Counted from the stretch's first letter, positions 40,609 through 54,601 are shown. The stretch is DNA of 64,000 nucleotides from Octopus vulgaris (GCA_951406725.2 OX597822.1:62868001-62932000), one strand, 5' to 3'. A program made the numbers and translations. Notes: generated by a model from the letters alone, not told the origin.

Positions 40609-41010
40609 TATATATATAAAAGTAAGGTTGTGTGTCTGTCTCCTACGATTTAGATTCCTAACTACTCCCACATTTTGCGGTGCAGTTTAACCAAACCGGG
40701 TATCTTATAGTTCGTGATTCATATCGAGCCCTTCTGGCTATTAGCGCGCGTCTGCGATGAGTCAACGATTTAAAAAAAAATTTACCATAATTTTTTTTCC
40801 ATTTTTAATGCATTTTTTGTATTTTTGGCTATAACTCTCAAACACCTGCACCTGTGTTTGCTTCTCCCCCTTCTTCCCTCCCTCGTGAAGCTGTAAGGAA
40901 GGAAGTTTAAGGAAATCAACGTCGTAATGCGTTGTCAAGGAGACCAGCGTTCTTTTAGAAGAACGACTTCATGACTTGAAGACACCAAAACAGAAATGGC
41001 TAAGAAAGCG
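40606..41010 (+). mobile_element. Helitron copy of the 34158 family, 3'-truncated
   Basis: A|TCTTATATATATAAAAGTAAGGTTGTGTGTCTGTCTCC start and shared internal blocks. Confidence 0.8.
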
Positions 41011-41164
41011 TTTATATATATATATATATATATACTAGCTTTATATAAAAAAGTATATATAACCAAAACCGGGTATCTTATATATTAGCGCGCGTCTAGG
41101 GTTACAATTTTAAAAATTTATATATATATATATATATAACGATTTTTATTTATTTTTTTCCATT

Positions 41165-44060
41165 TTTTATCTAGTTTCAGCTCACAAGCTGTGGCCATGC
41201 TAGGGCACCGCCATTTGGTGTTGCTACATGATTTTACTTCACGAATGCTTTTTAGCAATTGCCATTTGGTGCATGAGAGAGTTCGATGCAGCTGCCCTCA
41301 TCTGCACCTCCTGCCTTGAAGTTGGTTCATCTGGGATACCTGACAAGAAGAGATCCAGTTTCATTTTAAAGACATCTGCATCCACCCCATGCAGGTCTCT
41401 TAGGTTCTTCGGGAAGATATTGAAGAGCTGTGGGCCTCGGAAGCCCAGGCTATCACAGTATGTTGTCCTACATCTTGATGGCAAATTTGGAGTCCTTGGC
41501 ACTATGCAGTGGCGCCCAGTTCTGGCATTTGTGTAACTCTCGATGCCAAAGTTTGGGACATTTCCTTCTAGGATCTTCCAGATGTATATTATGGCATATC
41601 TTTCTCGCCTAGGCTCTAAGGAATAGAGTCTGAATCTCTTGAGTCTTTCCCAATAGCTTATATGCTGCACAGAGGCTATCTTCTTCGTGTAGCTTCGTTG
41701 GATCGCCTCAAGTTATGTGATTAACTTGACACTGGATGGTGACCATAGCTGAGAGCAATAGTCAAAGTGGTTTAGGACAAGTGTCCTCCAGAGGACCATC
41801 ATGGTTTCCTGGTCTCTTGTTCTGAAGGTTCTAAGAATCCATCCGGTCAGCCGCCTACATTTCATTGCCAATTTAGCAACATGCACATGAAAAGTTGCAT
41901 CATCACTCATGTAAATACCCAGGTCTAGCACTGATTGTGCCTCTGGGATTGCAATCCCTCCAGGTCCAGTGTATTTATTGGGTATTGCATTTAGTTTTGC
42001 ATGCTGATAGCATAAAGCTTGAAACATTTCAGCATTGAACTGCATGCTATTCTTTTCAGCCCACTTGTATATTTTGTCCAGCTCACATTGCAGGTGCTTA
42101 GTGTCTTCAGGGTTCTGTATTGCCTGTGAAACTTTTGTATCATCTGCATAACTTGTGATCGTGGTTCTCTGGGTGGCTGAGGGCATGTCTGAGAGGGCCA
42201 TTATGAACAGTAGTGGTCCCAAAACAGTGCCCTGCGGAACACCGCTCACTATTTGCGTGTTAGTGGCTACTACCACCTGACTTCTATCCTTCAGAAAGTC
42301 ATGAAGCCATTCTCCCAATTTTCCAACTATGCCAAGATCACGCAGTTTGTGATATAGCATTCCATGATCGAGTTTATCAAAGGCCTTTGCAAAGTCGAGA
42401 TATATCACTTCCACATTTGAGTGGTTGAGCAGTCGTTTCAGCACCCAGTCATAGGAGCTGAGTTAAGCAGCTTCTTCCTGGTCGGAAAACATGTTCGGTG
42501 TCAGGCAGCAAGTCATTTTCTTCAAGGAAGGCGATTAGTTTTCTTCTGACTATTCGTTCCATGACCTTGCTGATGTGCGAGGTCAGAGAGATAGGTCTGT
42601 AGTTCTTGGCCTCCGCTCTGCTACCTCCTTTATAAATAGGGCATATTTTAGCTTCCTTCAGTTTTCTTGGAAGTTTGCCAGTTGCAAGGAAGCTCTGAAA
42701 GAGGAACTGCAGTGGTCTTGCTGGAACTCTCTTACATACTTTTAGAAGGATTGCTGGGAATCCATCTGGGCTAGTAGCTGAGTTTGTTTTCATTTCATCA
42801 ATAGCCTTTATTACATCGTCTTCCTTTATATTGATGTAATCAATCATCGTTGCCTCCGATTTTATATCTGCAGTGGTAAAGAAGTCAGTTGGATTGCTGA
42901 CTTGAAAATGCCCCAGGGGTGGCGTGAAAATACTCTCATTGGATTTCCTGTGAGTGTGCCATCCTTTTCAAGGAGTGGCCCTATCCTACAGTGCACCGTA
43001 GCTGTTTCTTTGACATACCTGTAGAAAGCTCTGGGGTTAGATTTTATATTGTCTATAGCCCAGGCTTCTTTGTCTGCTCTTTCTTTTTCATGGGAGAGTT
43101 GCAGACATTTTTCAATTACACAGTTTTATTTTCTGGCGGACTTTTCACTGCTTTCAATTTGTTTGTTTAGGCGATTTGAAACTTTTGTACGCCGACTCAT
43201 TAGAATTTTCCTCTCTCCGGGGATTTTGCTCTTGTGTACAGTGGCCTTTCTCTCTGGGACACATTTGTAGCATATGGCTTGCATTACAGACATGAATTGT
43301 TGAAGTTTCATGTCGATGTCTGGCGAGGATAGACATTCAGGCCAGTTTTGTTTGAGGATCTCTTTCTCAATTTGTTTCCAGTTTGCCTTATGGAAGTTCA
43401 AGCTAGAAAGATTCTGAGAGTTTCTTGTAGGCTGCATGTCCATGCTTTCCTTGACCCGTACATGGTCAGCTCTACCATGTTGTGATCCGAGAGTAGTGTC
43501 GGTGTCACTTTCACATTATGGATAAGATCCATATTATTTGTGAAGCAGAGATCCAGTATGTTACCTGCCCTGGTTGGTTGTAGTATTATTTGCTCCATGT
43601 ACAGAGTGTTGATGAGGTTCAGGAGGGACCTCGCCTGTCCTCGTTCACATCGTGTCATTCCTGGGAGAGAAAGGTCCTCGGGCCATCTGACATTGGGTAG
43701 ATTGAAGTCTCCCATAAGAAGTACACTTATGTGTTGTTCTAATGTGACTAGAACTTCTATTTTTATAAGGCAGTCTTCAAACTTGCCTACATGGGTTGGG
43801 GCATCTGGAGGGCGATATGTAGCACATATAACTACACCAAGTTGCCTTATATGTACAATTAGTGTGTCACACACCGAATTTGAGTATGACAAAAGGACCT
43901 GGGGTGTGAGGTCCTCACGGATGTACATAGCAACTCCTCCGTGACTCCTTTCTTTTCTGTCGGTCCGTAGTACAACATACTGTGGTATGTGTATTTCCGC
44001 ATCTGCTATGTCCGGTTTCAGGTGTGTTTCCGTAAGTGCTATGCATAAGGCTTGATTGCA
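41165..44060 (-). mobile_element. CR1/L2-group LINE, 5'-truncated, with frameshifted EN+RT ORF2
   Basis: [70 protein letters not shown] and YSLEPRRERY spread over five ORF pieces; intact 3' tail. Confidence 0.9.
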
Positions 44061-44082
44061 TATATATATAGGCATATATACA

Positions 44083-44114
<32 letters not shown>

Positions 44115-44213
44115 CGAATATATGTATATGTATATGCATATATATGCATATATGAATATATATATATATAAATATATATATATAAATGCATATATATGAA
44201 TAAATATATATGC

Positions 44214-44272
<59 letters not shown>

Positions 44273-44408
44273 TATATATGAATGTACATATATATGTTTT
44301 AAATATATTATCAAAAAATATTATAATTATTCTCAGTGCATTTTCGACTTCTCTTTTTCTTATATTTCTACCCGTGCGGAATAAAATAACTTTGTTTTCT
44401 ATCTATAT

Positions 44409-44505
<97 letters not shown>

Positions 44506-44587
44506 TAGAGAGAGAGAGAGATGCATATGTTCCTATATGTGTGTGTTTGTGTGTGTGTATATACACTCACCCTCCACACACATACAC

Positions 44588-45270
44588 ACATGGTATTCGG
44601 GCTAAATTTGACAGTTTGCATTAAAGGAAACGGAAACACAAATACCGTCTAAAAATAAAGGTACTTTAAGATGTCGGAAAATATAAACTAGGTTATGGCT
44701 GGGAGTTAACATTTCACTCCAAGTAACCGCTCTCAGTTTCTATCACTGTCTCAAGACTTGATGCATGCTCTCCTCGCTGCATCCTTGGGAATATCTTCAA
44801 ACACCTTGATCTTGGCCGCCAGCTCGGCCTTGGTGTTTCAGGCACAGTGTTCAGTGTCTTTCTCAAGAGAGCCCCAAACATACTGATCCATAGGAAGGCA
44901 ATCAGAGGAATTAGGAGGCTAGAAATTGGCTGAAGTGATACAATTTCTCTGACAACCTCTTTTGACTCTTTCCTAAGTTATGGCAAGGAGTCAACTCCTA
45001 CTGCCACACATATGGTCTTCCAGGAGCAACCCTCAGCAGAAGCTTCACACAACCGTCTGAATTAAGCCCCAGGCCCTTCTCGAAGAAATGGGGCGATACG
45101 ACATCACTCTCACTGGAGACACACTCAAGTACATGCTGGCCACAGTTTGATAGTTTCCGATGCAAGTGTCCATGTCATGTCTCATGGACTTTACATTATT
45201 CACAGAGCTTTGAGTAGCCGTCATGTTGACGGTATTTTGATGCCTGGTGCGAATTATTATGATACAGGTA
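44588..45270 (-). mobile_element. maT/Tc1-like transposase relic
   Basis: Minus strand NF*PPNSSDCLPMDQYVWG..NTKAELAAKI, homologous to the 36734 element. Confidence 0.7.
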
Positions 45271-45291
45271 AAACATTTCTAAAATTCAGAT

Positions 45292-45485
45292 GACAAGCTG
45301 GCAGAATCGTTAACACATCGGGCAAAATGCTTAGCCGTATTTTGACTGTCTTCACCTTCTGAGTTCAAATTCCACCGCGGTTGACTTTGACTTTCATCTT
45401 TTCGGAATCAGCAAAATAGGTATCAGCTGAGCACTGGGGTCGATGTAATCGACTACCAACCCACCCAAATTTCAGGCATTGTGCC
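45292..45485 (+). mobile_element. SINE family C
   Basis: AGCTGGCAGAATCGTTA..GAGTTCAAATTCC..CTTTCATC. Confidence 0.8.
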
Positions 45486-45530
45486 TCTGTGTATGTGTGT
45501 GCGTGCGCACACACACACACACACACGCGC

Positions 45531-45581
<51 letters not shown>

Positions 45582-45591
45582 CATACATACA

Positions 45592-45995
45592 TTCTTTTAT
45601 TCTTTTACTTGTTTCAGTCATTTGACTGCAGTCATGCTGAAGCACCGCCTTCAGTCGAGCAAATCTAGCCCAGAACTTATTCTTTGTAAGCCTAGTACTT
45701 ATTATATCGGAATCTTTTTGCCGAACCATTATGTTACGGAGACATAAACGCACCAACATCTATTGTCAAGCGTCAGTGGGAGGATAAACACAGACACACA
45801 AATGCACATACACACACACACACACACATGTATATTTATATATATATATATATATATATATACGACGGGCTTCTTTCAGTTTCTGTCTACCAATTCCACT
45901 CACAAGGCTTTGATCGGCCCGAGACTATAGTAAAAGACACTTACTCAAGGTTCCACGCAGTGTGACTGAACCCAGAACCATGTGGTTGGGAAGCA
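45592..45995 (-). mobile_element. SINE family A
   Basis: Reverse complement of the family A sequence. Confidence 0.85.
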
Positions 45996-46619
45996 GAACT
46001 GCATGAGTGCATTGGAAGGTAAGTTAGAGCGATATTTATTTCGGCTCTTTACATTCAAAGTTCAAATCCAACCACAGTTAAATCTTGCCTTTCAAATTTT
46101 CGGAGTCGGTAAAATGAAGTGTTAGGATCGATTTTATCGACAGCCGCTTCTCGTCAAAAATTGCTATTCTTGAACATATAAAAGAAACAACTATTTTCTT
46201 TATCATTAAACATATATCTTTAAAAAATCAAAATTAGTAGTTTCCTGCCAGCAGAAACATTAATAATTTAAAGACTATAAAGAAACTTTGAAGTGAATAG
46301 TTTGTTTGTTTATTCTATTTTGCTGCTGCTGCTGCTGTTGTTGTTGTTGTTAAGCAACACGACGGATAAGGGTGATTAGGTGATGGTCTAGGGCTTAGGG
46401 GTGGGAGACCCCAGACCTTGGAAAAAAAAACTTTGGTCGTCTTGTTGTAGTCGAGGGGTCTTCGTCGACGCCCGACACCACTTGGTGGTGGCACTCGAAG
46501 TCGCTGGAAATGGAGATCTCCAGGTCCAAATTCTTGAACGGCTGCTGCTGCTGCTGCTGATCCTGTCGCTGCTGATCCTGTCGCTGCTGCTCTGGTTGTG
46601 TTCTTGTTGTCTTCTTCTT

Positions 46620-46760
46620 CCAATCAGGACTCACGCCATTAGCCACAAGGAACAATCTCTAATTCGAGCCTACTCTAAGCTACTAAGAATGCGTGTGGCA
46701 ACTTGAAGATCCACCCACCACACGCGATAGATTGGCGGTTGCACGGGCGCGAAAGATACG
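46620..46760. promoter_or_regulatory. Candidate (bidirectional) promoter with a minus-strand first exon ending ATG GC|GTGAGT
   Basis: CpG-rich non-TE island; CCAAT boxes at 46620 (+) and 46731-46735 (-); E2F-type TTTCGCGCC at 46746-46754 (-); ATG at 46639..46637; consensus donor at 46634..46629. Confidence 0.45.
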
Positions 46761-46904
46761 TTTTTTTTTCCTCATTCCGTAAACGGTGGCTTTTAACAGG
46801 TGGAGAGCTGAACCATCCAGGGGTACAAATGATGTGCAATCTAGACTAGCGTCTGAAAGTTTACCACACTATAGCGGGTTACACCATGGTTCTTCTGCTT
46901 TGAG

Positions 46905-47099
46905 GCAGAAGTAGGAAGAAAGAGTGAGAGAAAGTTGTGGTGAAAGTGTACAGCAGGGTTCACCACCCTCCGCCGCCGGAGCCTCGTGGAGCTTAGGTGT
47001 TTTGGGTCAATAAACACTCAGAATGCCCGGTCTGGGAATCGAAACCGCGTTCTTACGACCGCGAGTCCGCTGCCCTAACCACTGGGCCATTGCGCCTCC
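46905..47099 (-). mobile_element. SINE family B, 5' half
   Basis: Same head as 31575..31810. Confidence 0.85.
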
Positions 47100-47496
47100 A
47101 CTGTTGTTGCTGCTGTTTGTTGGGAAGAAATTACAAATGATACTGTTTAAAAATCTCAGTAGATCATAAAATAATCTTGTATTATTGGCTGGTTTATAAA
47201 TCTTGAGTTGACGGTAATAGCAAAAAGGAAACAAATTCACAGCGTATTATATTTGATAGCGTGATAATTTTTACCGCTGTACGTCTTGTCTTTGTCCTGC
47301 GGCGAAGCTGGAGCAGAGCTTTCAAAGGTTTTAGTCGATTATTTCGACTTCTGATTTATTTGTCTGGTGTTTAGATTAGCGATTATGTCCTGTGCCTCGC
47401 TGTAAAAGTTTAATTAATACAGAAGAAATACTACAATATAATTTTGCTCCAAACATCAACACTCAGTCAGTTACACACACACACACACACACATAC

Positions 47497-47527
<31 letters not shown>

Positions 47528-47529
47528 CA

Positions 47530-47564
<35 letters not shown>

Positions 47565-47644
47565 GTGTGAGTGTGTGTATGTGTATATATACAGACACAT
47601 ACACACACTCGCATTTTGAAATACATCATACTTATATTTTGTTA

Positions 47645-47845
47645 TTCTTTTGTTTGGTTCAGTCATTTGACTGTTGCCATGCTGGAGCAACGTCTGTAGT
47701 CGAACACATCGGCCCCAGGACTTATTCTTTCTATAGTACTTATTTTATCCGTGTCTTATGCAGAACCGCTAAGTTACGAGGAAATAAACACACCAGCATC
47801 GGCTGTCATCAAGCGACGGTGGGGAGATAGACACACAAACATATA
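47645..47845 (-). mobile_element. SINE family A, 3' half
   Basis: CAGTCATTTGACTG..CCATGCTGGAGCA tail. Confidence 0.8.
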
Positions 47846-47850
47846 CATAA

Positions 47851-47921
<71 letters not shown>

Positions 47922-47951
47922 CATACATACATACATACATACATACATACA

Positions 47952-47983
<32 letters not shown>

Positions 47984-47999
47984 GATATGCTCATATATA

Positions 48000-48770
48000 T
48001 TTAAATGATAAACTTCTGGAAAGTTTTACAGATTTTTACAGTTCCAGTTATGGACTTGATCTCTAGTCTTCGTATTAGCTTTCTCCTTTCTGGTTTTGGG
48101 AAGCCTAATTTCTCAAGATTGGTATTTAAGCAGTGCATTACTTATTCCAGACCCCCAATAATTACAGATACAAACCTGAACTTGTAATCTGAATATAGTA
48201 ACTGTAGATTTCTCAATAATTCAGCAAAGGTATTCTCTTTTCCACTGATCTTCAGCATTATGTTAACATTCGCTGGGCAGCTAATTACCACAACTGTGCA
48301 CAGTTTCTATCCTCTATCTAAAGTCATCATATTAGGTATGTTGTGCTTACATTCTTTTGAGGTCTTCACTGGTACATTCTACCAATATTCCTTTTTATTA
48401 TGAGTGGCTATGGCTTCTACAATATTGTGGGTTCTTGCTTCTTTGTCTTCGGGATTATCCTTCCGACGGATTTCATTATAGAGTGTCCTAGGTACAGCAT
48501 CATGTCTCATCGGTAGATAATACCGGGATGACAGTTTCTGACAATTGCTTATGATATGCGTGATATCTTCAGTGTGAACTCCACAAACTCTGCATCGGTT
48601 TTCATATTCTACTGCTTTTCCTTCGTCTTTATCCCTTTTGTGCATCAGGTACTTCATTGATATTTCCTGTTCCTGAATTGCAAACGCATACCCTTCAAAG
48701 TGGAAGGTAGTAATCCGGCTATTGGTCCATGATAAATTGCTTTGATGAACTCTTCGCTATCTCAAATCAT
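48000..48770 (-). mobile_element. R4/Dong-like (restriction-like endonuclease) non-LTR element, 3' fragment
   Basis: FEGYAFAIQEQEI, CRVC..EDITHIISNC knuckle, RHD, KHNIPNM, ISCP, KENTF..L, IIGGL motifs with stops. Confidence 0.85.
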
Positions 48771-49194
48771 TATATGCATGTAAGTATGCAGGTATGTACG
48801 TACGTGTGTATGTCATTATTCAATTTAATTTCAAGATTCTTTGCCAATAGAGAAAGAGCAGGTTGGTTTCTAACCTAGATCCCAGGCTCCTTTATTGGAA
48901 TGTCAACATCAATAACAGGTTATGTATGTATGTATGTATGTATGTATGTATGTATGTATGTATGTATGTATGTATGTATGTTCTCTTTCTCTTTCTAATT
49001 TAGAGTAAATTTTGACCCGCCACCTCTTGGTAGCAAGGTTGCAAAGGAAAGCATCTTGTTCTAACCATCATTCTTTAAATCTTAAGAAGGCCTTGCAGAT
49101 TTTTTATAGTCCCAGACATCATGATCATTTGTGGTAGTGTATGAATTGAGGATTTGCTTTCTCATCCCAAGTATGTATGTATGTACGTATAGCG

Positions 49195-49291
<97 letters not shown>

Positions 49292-49750
49292 GGCAGGAAG
49301 GAAGGGTTGATGGATATGCACATATATGATGGTACACGCAAAAATGCACACACAAACTTACACATGCATGAATTTTATACATATTTATATCTACTCTCGT
49401 GGCTTCGTCCAAATTAATTTTACATAATATTATATATCGAAATCTTCTTTCTGATATATAGCATTTTCATATGCAGCATCTGTAAAAGTTCCGTCTCATT
49501 CCCATATATACATGGAGAGTTTTTAAACGCAACACGTCTACAGGGTAGATTATCTCCAGGCGAATACCACAGTAAATTTTGTGTACATGTATTTGTCTAT
49601 GTTGTTCAAATACATGCTGTAGCACGCTTTGAGTTGTTTCTCATCTTTGTTTAAATTATGCAGATTACTTAGTCCATCGCTGTGGTCTACTTCTTTTTGT
49701 ATAAGTCTAAATCCTTTATATACTGAAGATAGCGTCGGACCATTGACGTG

Positions 49751-49959
49751 ATGATGATGGAGCCAAACATTCTTCTCCACAACTACCCTCTGATTTCCAG
49801 GCAAGAAGACTGCCTTTTCCTGAATGGTGTGTCAGCTGTCGAGAATTGTTGATCCTCATCACATTATCTCACCTTCTCAAGTGGATCAAGTGCCATTTGG
49901 CAATTATGATTCACCTTCAAGTAGCAGAGATGATTTTAATAAATCAAGAATGTTGTATG
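49751..49959 (+). CDS. Candidate first coding exon of an unknown plus-strand gene (two overlapping frames)
   Basis: MMMEPNILL...AVENC* (49751..49852) overlaps MVCQLSRIVDPHHIISP...KSRMLY (from 49824), which ends at donor G|GTAATT in phase 1. Confidence 0.4.
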
Positions 49960-50009
49960 GTAATTCATATACCTGTATTTCTCTCTGTCTCTTTCCGTCT
50001 TTCTATCTT

Positions 50010-50102
<93 letters not shown>

Positions 50103-51515
50103 ATATATATATATATATACATTCGAATCTCTAGTTAGCGATTTTTAGAATATTAGTAACTATTAGTAGAATATTAGTAACTCTCGTTTGGGATATTTAG
50201 GATATGAATGTCACAAATTGCCACAAGGTTTATTAAAAAGTTATACCGACAGAAGCAGTACTAATACCAAAATGTAATCTTGATCTCCAACTCAGCGTAA
50301 GGGTTGTGTTATAACACAAAATAATGCAGCATTCTGTGTTCTAAAATAACTCCCACTTGCGATTTTCTAGGAACTAGGATATGTTCATGCAATATTTGTA
50401 GCTGAGGATAGAGAGCTCACACAATATCGTACACCCTGTATATGATTTACGTTAAAAGTACATGAATCTGTAAAATATTCAACCTCTTACACTATAATAT
50501 AGCGAGTATGTAATTGTGTTGATCGAAAAACTGGAACTATCATTCGTTGACACCGACACGAGAGCCGTTCATATATGGAATCGCGTGTGTAGATATTCCA
50601 TTATCTTTTTTCTTTGTGGAATGGGGGCAGTTGACTTTTGAAAATAGTTAACATATATTGTGAACGTGGTTCCAACCAATACTTCCAGCTTAATTTAATC
50701 TTTCTTTCGTGTTAGAGTTTATTTTATGTACCGCTGCTTGTATATGTTTGAATTATTGCCTTGTGTGTCGCATTTTCATCAATTTCTCTTCTTGTCACTT
50801 TCTATCTATCTATCTAACCGAAATTGATTCTATGCATGTGCACATATGTTTATTTTCAACATAGAAAGAAACACTAAAACTCGGTAAAACAGTTATGGTG
50901 TAAGTGAAAACAATACATATCAAAATAAAAACAGTGTAAATGCCTATATTGAAATCGTTAGTTATTTTATTTTGCTCAGTCTTTTATTAGTTTTTTTTTC
51001 TGTTACGTGGTATTTCTTTTATTGTAATTCTTTAGTGTGTGTGGGAGTGTGTGTTTGTGTGTGTTTACAATGAAGACAGGAAATGAACATTATTATAATG
51101 CATTGTTCTAAAATTCTTCAAGCATGTTTTTATAAACATCAATGTTTCATAATTTTTTTTAGAAAGTTTTATTCAAATGTTGTTGAAAGATAAAAATACT
51201 AAAAGCCGTTTCCAATAAAAAAAAAATTTGTTGTGTCGACACTATTCCCATCATCATCACCACGACCATCATTATTATTGATGTCATCATTATCATCGTC
51301 ATCATCACAATCACCATCATCATGGTGTTGGGATTGCAGAATCGTTTCAGTGCCTGACAAAATGCACAGCGATATTTCTTCCAGTTCTGAGTTCAAAGTA
51401 TGCTTTGCCTTTCAATACATGGCTATGATGCTCCCCCAGTACTTCTGCTCGTGATCAGAGATGCACATATCGTCAGACACTAAGGGACATGCTCAACTGG
51501 TTATGGTCAAGCAAC

Positions 51516-51549
<34 letters not shown>

Positions 51550-51699
51550 AGTTCAAATTTCACCGAGGTTGACTTTACCTTTCATCCTTTCAAGGTCGAT
51601 AAAATAAGGACCAGTTGAACACTGGGGCCCGTGTAACCCACTCATCCCCACTCCCAAAATTGCTGCCCTTATGGTAAGAATTGAAACCATTATTATTAT

Positions 51700-52060
51700 T
51701 ATTGTTACATCACGGTTTTGGTGTTGTGCCCGGTTTAAGTATGTTTGCTATGGAACTACACCTCGTGGACTAGAATGAAAAGCCTATTGTACTTTCTATA
51801 TAAAAGTGCTTTTTCTCCATTTTGATTTTCGTATATCATCTCTATAAATTGTTCTTCATCTTGTTTTTATTATGCATTGAGGACTTCCTTCATAAATCTT
51901 ACTGAACCAAGTAGACATATTTACTACGCTGTCTCCATTACTGCATTAAGATTAAGTTTTCCTAAGTTTGCTCTCAAATACTTTGTCACTGTTCCCAGAG
52001 CTCCAATGATAGGTGGCATGATCATGACCGTGTTAATTTCTTCGTTCCAGCGTTTGAATA
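51700..52060 (-). mobile_element. Second R4/Dong-like 3' end
   Basis: PIIGALGTVTKYL..L..LN..CLLGSVRI followed by a (TAA)n tail. Confidence 0.7.
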
Positions 52061-54601
52061 TTTTATTCATCAAATATGTATAATATTCTACTATTAAGTC
52101 TGGTATAAAATAGACATTTCATATTACTATACATAGATTTTTTTCTTCTTCTCATCAAATGGCAGTGGTAGTGGAGGTGGCAGTGGTGGTGGTGGTTGTG
52201 GTGGTGCTGGTGCTGGTGCTGGTGCTGGTGCTGGTGCTGGTGCTGGTGCTGACGGTAGTTAAGTAATGTTGGCTGGCACAAATTGTTAGAAAGTCGGACA
52301 AAATACTACTCCTTAGTTTTTATTTTGTGAGTTCAAATTCAACCAAATTTAAACTTAACATTCGTGCTTTCGAAGATGATAAAATAAGTACCAGGTAAAT
52401 ATTGGTGTCCATTGTTTAAACTAAACCCCTCTTCTCGAACTTGTTGGTGTTGTACTTAAATTAGAAACAATCATTATTATTGTCATTGTTGCTGTTGTTG
52501 TTATAGATGCCTGTAGCCTAGCGATTAAGATGCTGTGTTCAAGCTGTTAAGACCATCGGGTCCATTCCTGGAGTGGGCAGCGCGAGCGAAACACATTGCG
52601 CTATCCAACTCACAGGAAAAGAGTACTAACTTAGAGTCGATGCAAGCTTCTCTCCACTGAACTATCACAACACTGGGTCAAAGGTAGGAGAAAAGGATTG
52701 ACAGGGTGTTCATGGTTACTCACACCCAGTACTTTTAACGAAAGTACGGTAATGCAACCATGTCATCTTGGATTTTGTGTGATAGTCGGCACTTAAAAGG
52801 ACAGACAAAATATCTTGTATTTATTCCCGCTCTTTTGAGTTCAAGTTCGCCCTTGAGATTGATTTCTTTCGTTCATTTTACCGGAGTCAATGAAATAAAC
52901 CACTAGCTATGTAGTGGGGTTGTTGAGTTTCCATATGCCCATCAAAGAGGAGTTGGAGGAACCTATGGCAGACGTTGCAGGATGTATTTACCTTCAAGTA
53001 GATCAGGGTGTATGGAAGCGTCTGCCTAGTCTTTAAGATTAAGAATTAGGTTAGGAGACAGATATATAGAGATTATATACCACATACTTGCCCCCAGACC
53101 GGTCGCACAGTACATGGGTTTAAGGAATACAAAGATTGGAACCTAAAATATTGGTATGTGCATTAACCCTTCATTTATGAAACTTGTGCAACGGTACGAG
53201 TATTCATTCATTGAAGAAGTACCAATCAACAGTATGTGATCGCGTGTGTCTACATGGATCCTTTCTCCCTAGGAACTGTTAGTTCCTGTTGTCACAGGAC
53301 TCTCCATCAGAAGCTGTTCTGAAAGGGCGTGTGACAAGATGGGAAGACTGAATGAAATTAATGCTTCCTCTTCCTTGGTGCACTTTGATCACGTGTAGCA
53401 TAAGAGCTTTGATACCTGGTCTTTTATATCACTACGCTTTTGGCGCATTCAAATTTCGTAACAACCTAATGGATGTGACTACTTTTACTGCAGGTTTTTA
53501 GGAGGTAAACCAATGGGTTACAGAGAATTAAGAAACTGTTAGTTTACAGCACCTTTAATGTCAACTACTATGTCGAGTGACTGAACTTGTACCTGGATTA
53601 GACCTGCACCTTTGTACTCGTTAGAAGATGGTAACACTAATATCCTGTATAATGTCACCTGTGGAAGCCGGATGGTACATTAAGAGCTCCACTCTTCGTT
53701 TCTGTATTTCTATAAGATGATGGGATAAATTTTAAATAGCCTTTCTTAAGATGTGTTGATGTTTATTGGGGTATTTTTTCGGAACTGTTTATAATTTAAC
53801 ATCATCAATCTGTGCGTAAATTGGTAATTCTGTCTCTTTTATGCAAACCTTTAGCTAACTAAGCTGCTAAAGTATCTCTTTCAAGTTCAACTCTCATGCG
53901 GAGAAAAATGTAGGTTCAGATAGGAAGATTATGACGGTACCTATGTTCTTAGATTTATCTCTGAGATCATAAGGTGCCTTTGTGTATATATTTATATACG
54001 ATTTCCAAGAAGTTCCCATCTACAAATTTCCATCCCAAAGTAATGGTAAACAAGGGATATAAGTGAGAGATTCTTGACCAAGGTGGCACGCAGTGGGGCA
54101 GACACGCAGAAACCAGTATTTTCTAAGTAAAAAACTTAATTAAGTGGCCACTTAAAATAGTCGATGCAAAACTTATTGCAGTCTTTAATTTTGTCCTTTT
54201 ATGTCATATGGCCAAATCCTGTGAGTAACAATTTGATTTTGCTCCTTCAATGATGCTCGCTGCAAATTTAACTGTGGAAAACTAGGTTCTATTAAATTGA
54301 CTCGTATTGTTTCTTAAAGTTCGTGTAATTACGGCTCGATATAGAAATTCTTATGGTTTTTGAATTGGCATTTTCAAAATATTTTTGTGGATGCTTAATG
54401 TTGCCATATGGCTAAGAAGTGGGATTGGCAAGCACACAGTTCCAGATTCGATCCTACTTCATGGAGCTTCGAGCAAATGTTTTCTATCATAGCCTCGAGC
54501 CAACTAAACTTCTCTCGGAGAAATTTAGCATATAAAAACGTTGTTCGAAGCCTATCAGGTGTGTATGTATGTGTGTATGTAAACATGTATGAATGTATGT
54601 A

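Noticed and set aside
46374-46402. Telomerase RNA template or telomeric repeats (CTAGGGCTTAGGGG); also 28785-28825
   Set aside because: No exact 1.5-copy template or perfect array; these are short degenerate matches.
46315-46655. Minus-strand ORFs MEEEDNK... and MFLVANG...
   Set aside because: They have non-ATG starts and CAG-repeat content, and fit better as intron 1 downstream of the GTGAGT donor.
52900-54000. Possible ancient Penelope RT relic
   Set aside because: Only faint motif traces, too decayed to support without a profile search.
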